This document shows, piece by piece, positions 9,452-18,683 of a DNA stretch of 31,789 bases. Source of the DNA: a virus (taxonomy: Duplodnaviria > Caudoviricetes); the IMG/VR virus record IMGVR_UViG_3300011339_000092, positions 1 through 31,789 of that record; one strand, written 5' to 3'. Numbering within the stretch: position 1 is the stretch's first letter; each line of letters starts with the position of its first letter. The notes below the pieces were generated by a model. That model was not told where the DNA came from, did no database searches, and was given only the letters and a program-made list of their open reading frames with translations. The translations under genes were made by a program, and so were the position numbers.

Positions 9452-10225
9452 TCAACCAATAATTGCATACTTGTAAGTTTTTCCAGCAGTTGAGTTAGCC
9501 AAATGGCTAATTGTTGCCGTTCCTTGATCTTGTGAACTTACATACATCTCAGGAAGCGGAGAAACCAAAGTAAATGTAATCACGCTTGATGGAATTGAAG
9601 GTCTTGTATATGGGCTGGTAGATGCTGTATATCTTTCAAGATAAACCTGAGTAGATGTTGTTGCAGTTACCAACTCAATATAGTCATTCGCAGCCACATC
9701 AATAAAGAAGTTAGCCACAGCAATTAAGTACCCATCAATACCACCATGACTGCTTACAACAGCATACTTACTGCCAGTTCCAGTTATGTCAGTCCCATTC
9801 TTTCTTAGCCAAACAGTAACCTCATGGATTTGCGTATCCATGTTAGCAAACTGTAAGCTAAATTGAATGTTATAAGTTCCTGCGTTAGTAATCGTTACCT
9901 TGTTAGATGCAAGACTAAATCCATAAGCAGAATCTACTGTATTGAACGCAACTACTGTAGGTGTATTAGCAGCACCAAATGTTTGGTCAGCATCATTCTG
10001 AAAAGCACCACGAGGAACAATAGACCTAGACGCTTCAAAAGTGCTAGGTGCAAATAAGATTACGCTGTCTGCACTTATTCTTCTATCTGTCAAAGTGGTA
10101 GTAGTTGCACCACCAGTCGCCAGAGTAACAGTTCCTGTGTTGTTGGTCTTGCCATTCATAATGCCATTGACAATCTCAGCGACACCACGTTGGTCAGCAC
10201 CAAATACAGGAAGTGTTCTAAACAT
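9452..10225 (-). CDS. Virion tail-associated protein with an internal C1q/BclA-like beta-sandwich
   Basis: Central GAFQ...VAFNT...TITNAGTYNIQFSLQF...VWLRKNG...ANDYIEL pattern; lies directly after the tail hub gene. Confidence 0.6.
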   Translation of the reverse strand: MFRTLPVFGADQRGVAEIVNGIMNGKTNNTGTVTLATGGATTTTLTDRRISADSVILFAPSTFEASRSIVPRGAFQNDADQTFGAANTPTVVAFNTVDSAYGFSLASNKVTITNAGTYNIQFSLQFANMDTQIHEVTVWLRKNGTDITGTGSKYAVVSSHGGIDGYLIAVANFFIDVAANDYIELVTATTSTQVYLERYTASTSPYTRPSIPSSVITFTLVSPLPEMYVSSQDQGTATISHLANSTAGKTYKYAIIG

Positions 10226-11658
10226 CAGCGAACTCCCTGACCAACAATGTCAATGTCAACAGCCACAGCAGCATCCCAATTAGAACCTGTTGGTTGCACA
10301 CGAATCCTGTGGTAACGCCCACCAGAACGCAAAGAACAACGATTCTCAGAGTCAGCAGGTACAGCCGTACCAAAGTTAATTGATTGGCTTAATAAAGCAC
10401 GAGAAGCGACAGAAACATCAGCAGAACCACCATCTACCTGTGGACGAGCCAAAGTCACAATAGACTGACCGCCAAGGTCAATGTCACCAGTTTGTAGATC
10501 AGCACTCAGGTTTGGCCCTGTATAGGTCATGATCTGGTTGCCAAAAGTACCACCAAGGAAGTACTTACCACCAACATACAAACGAGAATCAAGCGTAGTA
10601 GTCAAAGCATCAATAGAAGCGTTAATGCTGTCCAACTGTTCCAATGTCACGCTTGCACTAGATGCTTCTGCAATGTAATCAGTACCTGCATCACCATAAG
10701 TCCATCGCTTTGTGGAGAAGTTATAGATCAGAAGTTTACGATCACCACTTGTTGAGACATAGTTCCACAAAACCAGTTTGCGGATTGGGTCAACAGCAGC
10801 ACTCATTGATGTGTAATCAGATTCAGAAGCATCATCTAAGAAGAACTTATCAACCTTTTCTGCACCGATTGGAATGACATTCTGTCCATCACACATATAG
10901 AAACCATCATCCGATAGGAAGAACGTAGTTCCTTGATACTGCGTAATAGAGCCAGCGACCATACATCCCTTGTTACGAGAGATATTGTCAAACTGGAAAA
11001 TGAAAGGAGTACCAACATAGGTCATTCGGTGAATGGCTCTTTCCAAGAAGATCAAGCCAAACTCACCACCACGAATACCTACAATCTGTCCACCATCAGG
11101 AATATCTTGATAGTCAGCCTGACTTGTCGCAGATGTTGTCCAGTTAGTCTCATTGTTAATGTCTGACCATCTCACTCGATATTGCTCTTGTACAGACGAT
11201 TCATAAGTGTTAGCGCAAACAACAAAATCACGCACAACAGTTACAAACTTAGCAATAGGCGCATCAGCAGACAGATTAGCAAATGTTGTAGAACTTCCAA
11301 GAGTCCATGACTGGAGTTTCTCAGCGTTATTAGCAAAGATCACTCGCTTGCCAAACTGTGTGAAACGAGGACGCTCACTAGCTGTATAACCAGTATTTAC
11401 CTGAGTCAATGCACCGACACCATCACAGGTGTAGACCTTGGTAAAACCAGCAGTAAACAACTGAGTTGTGCTGTCTGGATTCTTTGCAGCGTACAAAGAT
11501 AAAAGATTCTCAGTAGCACTTCCAGAGAAGGCTACCGCAGATGGGATAGGCCCGTACCCAATAGCTGAAGAAACAACATTCTTTGCTTCCATCAAAGCAC
11601 CAGAGATACCTGACTGGTCAGGCATCCACTCACCAAATGCTATTCTTTGTGTAGGCAT
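10225..11658 (-). CDS. P22 gp10-like tail hub / DNA stabilisation protein (477 aa)
   Basis: Start moved to MPTQRIAFGEWMPDQ. Beta-propeller-like sequence (RVRWSDIN..TNW, FGLIFLERAIHRM, FFLSDDGFY); follows the adaptor. Confidence 0.75.
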   Translation of the reverse strand: MPTQRIAFGEWMPDQSGISGALMEAKNVVSSAIGYGPIPSAVAFSGSATENLLSLYAAKNPDSTTQLFTAGFTKVYTCDGVGALTQVNTGYTASERPRFTQFGKRVIFANNAEKLQSWTLGSSTTFANLSADAPIAKFVTVVRDFVVCANTYESSVQEQYRVRWSDINNETNWTTSATSQADYQDIPDGGQIVGIRGGEFGLIFLERAIHRMTYVGTPFIFQFDNISRNKGCMVAGSITQYQGTTFFLSDDGFYMCDGQNVIPIGAEKVDKFFLDDASESDYTSMSAAVDPIRKLVLWNYVSTSGDRKLLIYNFSTKRWTYGDAGTDYIAEASSASVTLEQLDSINASIDALTTTLDSRLYVGGKYFLGGTFGNQIMTYTGPNLSADLQTGDIDLGGQSIVTLARPQVDGGSADVSVASRALLSQSINFGTAVPADSENRCSLRSGGRYHRIRVQPTGSNWDAAVAVDIDIVGQGVR

Positions 11659-11659
11659 A

Positions 11660-12280
11660 TTAGATATAGGTTGTTTGCATTGCCAATGGAACGCCTGAGA
11701 ATTGACCCTTCTCATCAGAACGAGTCAACGAATTCATGGCACGATCAAACATAGTTCCCCATGTATTGATACGAGCATCATTCATCAGATAAGGCTCTGC
11801 TTCAACTAATGAAGCATACAAAAGCAAATCAGGACAAGTAGTCAAGAATGTGTTTGATGTGTTTGAGTCACTCAAGAATGGAGGCGCAGCAGAGTAGACC
11901 AAACTCAATGTGTAATTAGAATCAGGAATAGGTGCTAACTTCAAAGTGCTTGCCAAGACTGTGTAGTCCAATGGCTTACCAGCATCCATGCTTCTTGAGT
12001 TACGAGAGAACAATGATGGAGATTGGTAGTTCAATGGCATCACAGGATTGCCAGTAACTACAAAATCTTTTACTTCCAAGAAGTCAGAAGGGATACTGAC
12101 TGTTGCTGTACCTGAAGTGCAGGTCAGCGTAGTTGTATTCAACATCTGGCGAATACGCAAGTCTCTACGCAAGCGAATCTCTGCCAAACGAATAAAGTCT
12201 GGAATCTGTGTGGTCAGGTCTGAACGAGCCAAATACCCTGCGATAGTTGTTTGTAGTTCAGCATAGGTAGTAAAACTCAT
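11660..12280 (-). CDS. Head-tail adaptor (tail tubular protein A / P22 gp4-like)
   Basis: TYAELQTTIAGYLARSDLT..IPDFI.LAE....R.LR and PDLLLYASL.EA motifs; position after the capsid genes. Confidence 0.75.
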   Translation of the reverse strand: MSFTTYAELQTTIAGYLARSDLTTQIPDFIRLAEIRLRRDLRIRQMLNTTTLTCTSGTATVSIPSDFLEVKDFVVTGNPVMPLNYQSPSLFSRNSRSMDAGKPLDYTVLASTLKLAPIPDSNYTLSLVYSAAPPFLSDSNTSNTFLTTCPDLLLYASLVEAEPYLMNDARINTWGTMFDRAMNSLTRSDEKGQFSGVPLAMQTTYI

Positions 12281-12582
12281 ACAACTCCTGTTCTAGTGCG
12301 CCATGCACGATTCATTGGGTCATTCAGAAAAGCAGCAAAACGCTTGTCATCCAAAACAGCATAACCACGCATGATGCCTTGTTTGTTAAGGTCATCAATC
12401 ACAGTCAAAGGAATAGACGCAACCTTGTTGCCAAACAAATTGTCAGACCATCTTGCTCGTTCATCAAAGGAGTTATATTCCTTTTTATTCTGCTCAATAA
12501 TGGCAGATACATCTTGACGAGTTTGGATAACAATTCCACCCTCACCATCGGCATGAACAGCAGTTTCTCTAATGTTTGTCAT
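12277..12582 (-). CDS. Conserved phage hypothetical protein downstream of the major capsid gene
   Basis: QDVSAIIEQNK, VASIP and LNDP.NRAWRT motifs; ATGA-coupled to the adaptor gene. Confidence 0.75.
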   Translation of the reverse strand: MTNIRETAVHADGEGGIVIQTRQDVSAIIEQNKKEYNSFDERARWSDNLFGNKVASIPLTVIDDLNKQGIMRGYAVLDDKRFAAFLNDPMNRAWRTRTGVV

Positions 12583-12588
12583 AGCGCA

Positions 12589-12597
12589 ATTCTATCA
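12589..12597 (-). promoter_or_regulatory. Extended -10 promoter (TGaTAGAAT), probably giving a leaderless mRNA
   Basis: TG-n-TAGAAT lies 6 nt before the ATG at 12582, with no Shine-Dalgarno, immediately after the capsid terminator. Confidence 0.55.
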
Positions 12598-12607
12598 GTT
12601 TGACTAG

Positions 12608-12647
12608 AAAAGAAAATGCCCCAGAGGGTTAGTCTGAGGCATTTTTT
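12608..12647 (-). terminator. Intrinsic terminator after the major capsid gene
   Basis: Minus strand AAAATGCCTCAGA-CTAACCC-TCTGGGGCATTTT followed by CTTTT. Confidence 0.85.
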
Positions 12648-12660
12648 AGGTCACCTTAGA

Positions 12661-13611
12661 TTAAGGTGTCAAGTCAGCCAAAATGCCGTGTGCAGCTTGG
12701 TTTTTAACTTCCAAGGTGTACTCAGCCAACAACTGTGTAGACTCATTGTCACCAGTCACAGCCAACTCGTTGGTCTGGAAGGGACGCAGGTAAGCTACAG
12801 CAGCCATGTCAGGGTCAACGATGAACGCTGTGTCATCGCAGCTATTGGTAGAAGTCATAAAGCGGTTGGGAACAACAGAAATTGTACCGAAATCGCTCAT
12901 ATAAACATCGGCCGCGGCCACGATTGTTGTAGGTGTGTTAGATGGGGCCATGAAACGCTGAGCAGCGATACCAGCAAAAGCTGACACCAATTGCTTGTGT
13001 GCAGGGTTGACCATCAACACTTTGGGATTGCCACCAGAAGCGTAAACTTCTTTAACAACAGTCTTCAAAATGTCTTCTGTGAAAGTGCGGTTTGTGCCGT
13101 TGGTACGAGCAGTAGTACCCAAGTCACCAGCAACACCAGAAGTACCACCATCATAGTTGCTGTTCAACCATGCTTGCAGACCACCCAATTTACGAGCAGT
13201 AGAAGAATCACCATTGGAGGCAACTTGGTTGCTCAACAAAGATGTTTCCATGTCACGCTTGATTTCAGCAGAGGCTTTAGCCAACTGATAAGCCTTTTCA
13301 GACTTACGACCAGCTTTGTCAACTGACTGCAAAGTGCCAGAAATCTTAATAGTTTTCTGTGCAATCTGAGTGCGGTTACCAACACGAGTTGTTGGAGACA
13401 TAGTAGCGTCAGATGCTGTTGCACCCTCAACTGCGTAGTTAGACAAAGAAGCAGCAGCCAAGCTGTCAGTCTGCCACTCGTGGTACACAGCAGTAGCCTT
13501 TGTCTTGCCAATGGAAGACATGAAAGGTGTGTCTGTGGGGCTGATGTTATAGATTACATCGGAAAGGTCTTCACGCTGACCAATAGCGGTATAGGTTTGA
13601 TATGTAGCCAT
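12661..13611 (-). CDS. Major capsid protein, SU10/DUF5309 type
   Basis: GQREDLSDVIYNISPTDTPF, HEWQTDSL, NRTQIAQK, EIKRDME and EYTLEVKN motifs; GGAG RBS; follows the scaffold gene. Confidence 0.92.
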   Translation of the reverse strand: MATYQTYTAIGQREDLSDVIYNISPTDTPFMSSIGKTKATAVYHEWQTDSLAAASLSNYAVEGATASDATMSPTTRVGNRTQIAQKTIKISGTLQSVDKAGRKSEKAYQLAKASAEIKRDMETSLLSNQVASNGDSSTARKLGGLQAWLNSNYDGGTSGVAGDLGTTARTNGTNRTFTEDILKTVVKEVYASGGNPKVLMVNPAHKQLVSAFAGIAAQRFMAPSNTPTTIVAAADVYMSDFGTISVVPNRFMTSTNSCDDTAFIVDPDMAAVAYLRPFQTNELAVTGDNESTQLLAEYTLEVKNQAAHGILADLTP

Positions 13612-13626
13612 TTTAAAACTCCAAAT

Positions 13627-14565
13627 TTAAAAGAATCGTTCAAATGCTTTGGCAGCGTCTGTGACTTTACCAGTCTCACGCAACCTTTGCATTACCTGTT
13701 TATCTTGTGAATTCCTTGCAGGAGGCGCAGAAGTCCCAGAACGCATCATCTTAGGGGCAGCTTGAAGTTTCTTGGTTACTTCAGGCTTACTCTTTTGAAG
13801 TTGCTCATACTTCATTGCTTTATACAAAGAAACCACAGCACGACTGTCATATACGGAACTGAGTTCTTGGTCAGTCCAACCTACAGATTTCGCATAGTCT
13901 CGGATTTGTTTCCGAACCGCATCACCCTGTGGTGTCGCCAACTCAGGAATCAGACTAACTAGCTTCTCAGATTCTTGACGTAAGTGGTTTTGCAAAGAGG
14001 CTTGTTGCTCGGCTTGTTGCTGTTGTGCAATGCGTTGCTGTTCTTGCCTTACTACTGCTAACTGCTTCTCACGCTGACTCTGTTCAGCTACCGCTACCGC
14101 ATAACCGATAGGGTCTGTTTCCTTTAGAACATCTAAGTCCACACCCCGATTTTGCTGCGTAAGGAAGCTATCCAACGCTTGCAACTTCTGGGCATATGCC
14201 TGTCGCTCTTGTTTTACCTGCTCAAGATGATTACGCTCGGCTTCAATAGCCTTACGTTGTTCAGCAAGAGCCTGAGACTTTTTAGTGTAATCCGTACCTT
14301 GTTGATAACCCTTGATAAGTTCATCGAGTTCTACCTCAACTTCCTCACCAGCAGCTTTGACTTTATATCTAGGCTTGGGCTGTTCAATTTCTTCAGATTC
14401 CTCTGAATACTCTTGCTCACCTTCATCAGATGCTTGCAGTTCTTCTGTTTGTTCCTCAGATTGGCCTTGTTCGGCTTCGTCAGAATCACCCATCAGACCC
14501 TCAAACGCTGAAGCGGCTTGGTTTACATTTAGGCTTTCACTCCCTTGTGGGTTGGTGTTTTCCAT
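13627..14565 (-). CDS. Capsid scaffolding protein
   Basis: Acidic N-terminus, YKVK..GEEVEV.LDELIKGYQ...DYTKKSQALAE motif, long coiled coil; directly upstream of the capsid gene. Confidence 0.85.
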   Translation of the reverse strand: MENTNPQGSESLNVNQAASAFEGLMGDSDEAEQGQSEEQTEELQASDEGEQEYSEESEEIEQPKPRYKVKAAGEEVEVELDELIKGYQQGTDYTKKSQALAEQRKAIEAERNHLEQVKQERQAYAQKLQALDSFLTQQNRGVDLDVLKETDPIGYAVAVAEQSQREKQLAVVRQEQQRIAQQQQAEQQASLQNHLRQESEKLVSLIPELATPQGDAVRKQIRDYAKSVGWTDQELSSVYDSRAVVSLYKAMKYEQLQKSKPEVTKKLQAAPKMMRSGTSAPPARNSQDKQVMQRLRETGKVTDAAKAFERFF

Positions 14566-14581
14566 GTGTCATCTCAAAAAT

Positions 14582-14620
14582 CGCCAGAAACCTTCTGGGC
14601 GGAGGGTAAGGTTTCCCTTA
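14582..14620 (-). promoter_or_regulatory. Two tandem hairpins upstream of the scaffold gene
   Basis: TAAGG-GAAA-CCTTA (GNRA loop), then CGCCCAGAA-GGT-TTCTGGCG followed by ATTTTT. Confidence 0.5.
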
Positions 14621-14857
14621 CAGAATTTTCCACTTCTTCTCTCTAATCACAGTTTCCGAGGCTAAGCCTTCTAGGTGTCCTGTAATCAGTTCCAATGTCT
14701 TGATGTGCCTATAAGCGTCTTCACGCCTATCAGATTCTTCCGCACTTGTGTTAATTATTACACTAATCTGTTCATTTTTCAAATTATTTAATACTTCTTT
14801 GAAAAAGTCATCATTTAGTAGGTTTTTAGCCCATTGTGCTACGACTTGCTTGTCCAT
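14618..14857 (-). CDS. Small helical protein between portal and scaffold (Bbp19-like position)
   Basis: AKNLLNDDFFKEV...RREDAY motif; conserved head-module position. Confidence 0.7.
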   Translation of the reverse strand: MDKQVVAQWAKNLLNDDFFKEVLNNLKNEQISVIINTSAEESDRREDAYRHIKTLELITGHLEGLASETVIREKKWKIL

Positions 14858-16412
14858 ATTGGTTTTGTATTCCAGAAATAATATCGTTGATAGACAAACT
14901 GCTTGCAGATGGCATACCCTGCTTGCTACCCAAAATGCCCATCAAATCATTGTAACTAAGGTTTGATGGTTGGCTATATTGGACAGGCTCTGGAACTTTG
15001 CCGTAATTGGGGTCAAGTAACTTTTCCCATTGAGTGCCAATCAGCAAATTACGATCGCCAAAGTTAATTGGTGTCAAAGGTGTAAATGGTGCTACTCCAG
15101 TTTTAGGAGGAGTTGCCCAACTTTCAGGAATAGGAATAATTGGATATTGAGTAGCCCCTGACGATGAGCCACCATTCACAGCAGCGTTAATACCTGCAAC
15201 AGTTGCACCTGCACTAATCAACTTAACAACATCTGATGCTGTCAATGATGTGTCTTTTTTAGTATCAGTAGTAGTTGTAGTAGTTGGCGTAACAACAGGA
15301 GGAATTACGCTTGGAGTAGTTACTGTTGGTGTCGTGACTACTGGAATATCTGTCTTGTTTGGTCTTTCAGCCGTTACCTCTACTGTAGGAGGAGGAGTTG
15401 TGCCACCAGACAAAGTAGATGTAATAGCACCAATAGTATCAGGAGAAACTTGCTGTGGTCTTGTTGAAGTTACTGTTAATGCAGGAACTTGTGACAAAAC
15501 ATTAGTCAAAGCATCAGCAGTAATTGGAGTTTTAGCAGCCTGAACTACTAAATTATCTGTTGCGCTTGGCAATGCGTTAACAACAGATGCAATATCAGCA
15601 GCACTAGCGTTTTCTAAAAACTGTGTGATTTGTGCGTTATTTAGACCAGCTTTTTGCATTTCACCAATAAGCTGAGTTTCAAGCGCATCGTTAAACTGTG
15701 CTGAAGTCATGTTAGACGCATCGATTGGGCCATTCTGCAAATAGCCACTTACAGCACCTCCTGCGCCACCAAGCAAAGCACCTTTAAGGATATTGCTATC
15801 AGTCAATGCTGCTGTTGTTCCACCCAACAAAGCACCACCCAATGCACTAGCAGCAACTGGACTAGCACCTGCACCAAGGATTGCTGTTCCTACTTGCGTA
15901 GGAAGACCTAGCAAACCTGCGCCAACAGAAAGTGCAGCAACAATGTTTCCTTTGTCGCTAGTGGTCTTACCCCATGTAGAAGTGACTACTTCCCCTGTTG
16001 TTGGGTCACGCTTAATCTCATAGATTGTTCCACCTTCACCAGTATAAGTAGAGCCAAACCTTTGGTTTTGATCTCCTGCTTGAACTTGGTTTAAATCTGT
16101 TACACCTGTGTCAATCAAGTGACGAGCCATATCCAGAACAACTTGTTCTGCTGCTGTTGGCTTATATCCAAGAGCATTTGTCGCTTCATCATAAGCAAAA
16201 CCAATGTTTGCATTAGTTGTACTGTAAACACCGCCAGCAAGATTGTTCTTATCTAGTGTTGGGGCAATTTGTTGCGCCAATGATACCAATGTATCTTTGT
16301 CGTATTCTTTGCCTCTGTAATCAGTAATTGTGTTTGTTGGAGGAGTAACAACTTCATCAAATATTATGTAGTCTTCAAAAAGAGCATTAGGTTTTGCATA
16401 ATTTACAGCCAT
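14826..16412 (-). CDS. Unknown 528-aa protein with Gly-zipper hydrophobic region and Pro/Thr-rich linker
   Basis: Long ORF starting 3 nt after the portal stop; GALLGG repeats; T/P-rich tract. Confidence 0.8.
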   Translation of the reverse strand: MAVNYAKPNALFEDYIIFDEVVTPPTNTITDYRGKEYDKDTLVSLAQQIAPTLDKNNLAGGVYSTTNANIGFAYDEATNALGYKPTAAEQVVLDMARHLIDTGVTDLNQVQAGDQNQRFGSTYTGEGGTIYEIKRDPTTGEVVTSTWGKTTSDKGNIVAALSVGAGLLGLPTQVGTAILGAGASPVAASALGGALLGGTTAALTDSNILKGALLGGAGGAVSGYLQNGPIDASNMTSAQFNDALETQLIGEMQKAGLNNAQITQFLENASAADIASVVNALPSATDNLVVQAAKTPITADALTNVLSQVPALTVTSTRPQQVSPDTIGAITSTLSGGTTPPPTVEVTAERPNKTDIPVVTTPTVTTPSVIPPVVTPTTTTTTDTKKDTSLTASDVVKLISAGATVAGINAAVNGGSSSGATQYPIIPIPESWATPPKTGVAPFTPLTPINFGDRNLLIGTQWEKLLDPNYGKVPEPVQYSQPSNLSYNDLMGILGSKQGMPSASSLSINDIISGIQNQYGQASRSTMG

Positions 16413-16414
16413 GA

Positions 16415-18547
16415 TTAGCCCTTAATCTCTACGTTAGATGTAATGCCAGCACCAATTTTCATTGCTTTCAATTGGGCTTCTGCTTCAAACTCTTGTTGCT
16501 TCATTGCAAAGTAAGCCTGTTGTTTCTCACGCTCTAATTGCAACTTAGCCAATTCTTTCTCACGCATCATTTGCATCTCAGCAGCAGCTTTCTGTTGAGC
16601 CATCTGCATATCAATCTGCATCTGCTGTTGCTTCAACTGAATGTCAGCTTGTGCCTTGGCTTGATTTGATTGAATCTCAGCTTGAGTACGAGCCATAATT
16701 GCTTGCACTTCTGGAGGCATTTGTTGCTCTTGAGGAGGAGGATTCGAGAGCATCTGGTCTTGCTCTGGCGTAATTGGCTTGTAGAACTCAGAAGAATCCT
16801 TAAAGCCAGCAATCTCCACCATGCGTCCCAAAGTAGAACGATACTGGGCAGGGGAGACGTAAGGATTGGCAGGGCCGTACTGAGCAATCAACTGCTCTTG
16901 CTTTGCCAGAACCATCGACAACATAGCCATCTGCTCTTGTCGGTTACCAGCACCCAAACCAACATTGATAGACACATCATATTGGTTAGCCCATGTGCGA
17001 GGGTCAAACTCTACGAATTCGCCACGCATACGCACCATACGAGCCTTGTCTTGGTACTTGCACAGCAAATGCAAGATGCCTTGGAACAAAGACTTAACGC
17101 CTGTTTCAGCAAAGATACGAGCCATCAGTTCGATCTTACCTGCGCCAGCTTGTTGCATAGAAGCTACAGCAGCAGCAGTCACGTTCTGCAAGATAGATGG
17201 GTCTAAGCCCTGAGAAGCATCAGATACGCCTGTACGCTTAGATTGGACTGTATCCAAGTACTGAAGCATTGGGAAAGCAGCTTGAGCCACATTTTGCACA
17301 ACCAACTGTTGCACAGCACCCTGTGACTTGGCACGAATAACACCACCTGCTGTAGATGTGAGCAAGTCATCAAGGTTTACTTGACCTTCAACAGCAACCA
17401 CTCGTGCATTGTTTGTCAGATATAAGTTATCCAACATCTGACGAGTGATAGTAGTCTTAATCAATTGCAGATCAGTAGTTCTGTCAGCAAGTGAGTTACC
17501 AAAGAACTTGTGTGGAATTGGGATTGGGCAGATTGAGTGGAAAGGAACATAGTCCACTTCCTCAATCATTTCCTTGCCTTTTTCGTCTTGCAGAATCTCG
17601 TTTGAAGCGTAGAAAACCTGAGTCAGAGTAGCAACACCTTTGCCATTCATATCAGTTTTGACATAACACTCAAACACTTCAATCTCTTGCATTGAAGGGT
17701 CATCAGTCTGGACTTGGTAAGGCTGCTCACCTGCTGAATAACGAGCAACACGCTCTGGTGTGTAGGCTAGAGCATCATCCATCTGCAAGGACTCAACTTG
17801 CTTCTTGTTGAAACCCATAGCAATCAGATCACTACGAGTCAACATCTGACGATGTGCTACGAATGGGCTATCAGCAATAGTACGCCCCTTCTTGCTAATC
17901 AAGAACTCCTCTGGAGGAACATTCTCAATTGTGACTTTGCCTGATTTCTTACGCTTTTGGACTACGACATTGTGCGTAGAACCCATGACAGGCATACCCA
18001 TAGGGTCTACTACTGGCTGTCCCATTGGGTCAAAGATTGGGAATTCTGTCGTATCTTGCTCGACAATTTCCATCGTCTCATCACTCATCAGCATAGCCAA
18101 TTCGTCATCAGACAGATCAAAGTAACGCTCTTTTGTTAGGTCTTCTTTGTCTTCCCAATAAGCCTTAACAATGCCGTTCTTTTGCATCAAAGCATCTTTG
18201 AACCAGTCATGCAAAATAGATACACCTGCATTGTCCTTGGTGAAGACCCAATTGCAGTAGTCTGTGGCTTGCTTTGCGGAGGCTTCGTCTTGTGGCCCTT
18301 GTGGCTCAAACACCACGATATTGTCTGAGCCTGTGAAGATACGAACTAAGCTAGGAAGTGCGCCATCAATGGCTTCTGCTACTTCTCCAGTAACGATCTG
18401 AGATTTACCCTCAACCTCATTGCCATATGGCTGTCTGAGATACGCCTCCAGAGCCTGTTTGCGCTGGTCAACAGTCTCAGTTTCAATGTAGCCAATAGCA
18501 TCATCAATCTCTGCTTGGAGGATTGACTTCAGTTCGTTCTGTTGCAT
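16415..18547 (-). CDS. Portal protein with a long C-terminal Q-rich barrel helix (P22-like)
   Basis: Follows TerL; DWFKDAL..KNGIVK, VPPEEFLI, PIPHKFFG.S.AD and R.LDNLYL.NN motifs. Confidence 0.92.
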   Translation of the reverse strand: MQQNELKSILQAEIDDAIGYIETETVDQRKQALEAYLRQPYGNEVEGKSQIVTGEVAEAIDGALPSLVRIFTGSDNIVVFEPQGPQDEASAKQATDYCNWVFTKDNAGVSILHDWFKDALMQKNGIVKAYWEDKEDLTKERYFDLSDDELAMLMSDETMEIVEQDTTEFPIFDPMGQPVVDPMGMPVMGSTHNVVVQKRKKSGKVTIENVPPEEFLISKKGRTIADSPFVAHRQMLTRSDLIAMGFNKKQVESLQMDDALAYTPERVARYSAGEQPYQVQTDDPSMQEIEVFECYVKTDMNGKGVATLTQVFYASNEILQDEKGKEMIEEVDYVPFHSICPIPIPHKFFGNSLADRTTDLQLIKTTITRQMLDNLYLTNNARVVAVEGQVNLDDLLTSTAGGVIRAKSQGAVQQLVVQNVAQAAFPMLQYLDTVQSKRTGVSDASQGLDPSILQNVTAAAVASMQQAGAGKIELMARIFAETGVKSLFQGILHLLCKYQDKARMVRMRGEFVEFDPRTWANQYDVSINVGLGAGNRQEQMAMLSMVLAKQEQLIAQYGPANPYVSPAQYRSTLGRMVEIAGFKDSSEFYKPITPEQDQMLSNPPPQEQQMPPEVQAIMARTQAEIQSNQAKAQADIQLKQQQMQIDMQMAQQKAAAEMQMMREKELAKLQLEREKQQAYFAMKQQEFEAEAQLKAMKIGAGITSNVEIKG

Positions 18548-18683
18548 TTTTGTCCTTTGGAGGGCGTCCCATTCGGGGTTTGTCCAATTTTAACTCTTTT
18601 ATCATATTTTCCAACAGTTCGACACGCTTTTCAAGTTCTTTTACTTTTGGGGCTAGATTTACCCCTTGTGGCATTAAATACAT
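18504..18683 (-). CDS. Small coiled-coil protein with an AT-hook-like GRPPK motif (59 aa)
   Basis: Start moved to MYLMPQG, which overlaps the TerL stop (TGATG); KVKELEKRVELLE heptads; PRMGRPPK. Confidence 0.65.
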   Translation of the reverse strand: MYLMPQGVNLAPKVKELEKRVELLENMIKELKLDKPRMGRPPKDKNATERTEVNPPSRD

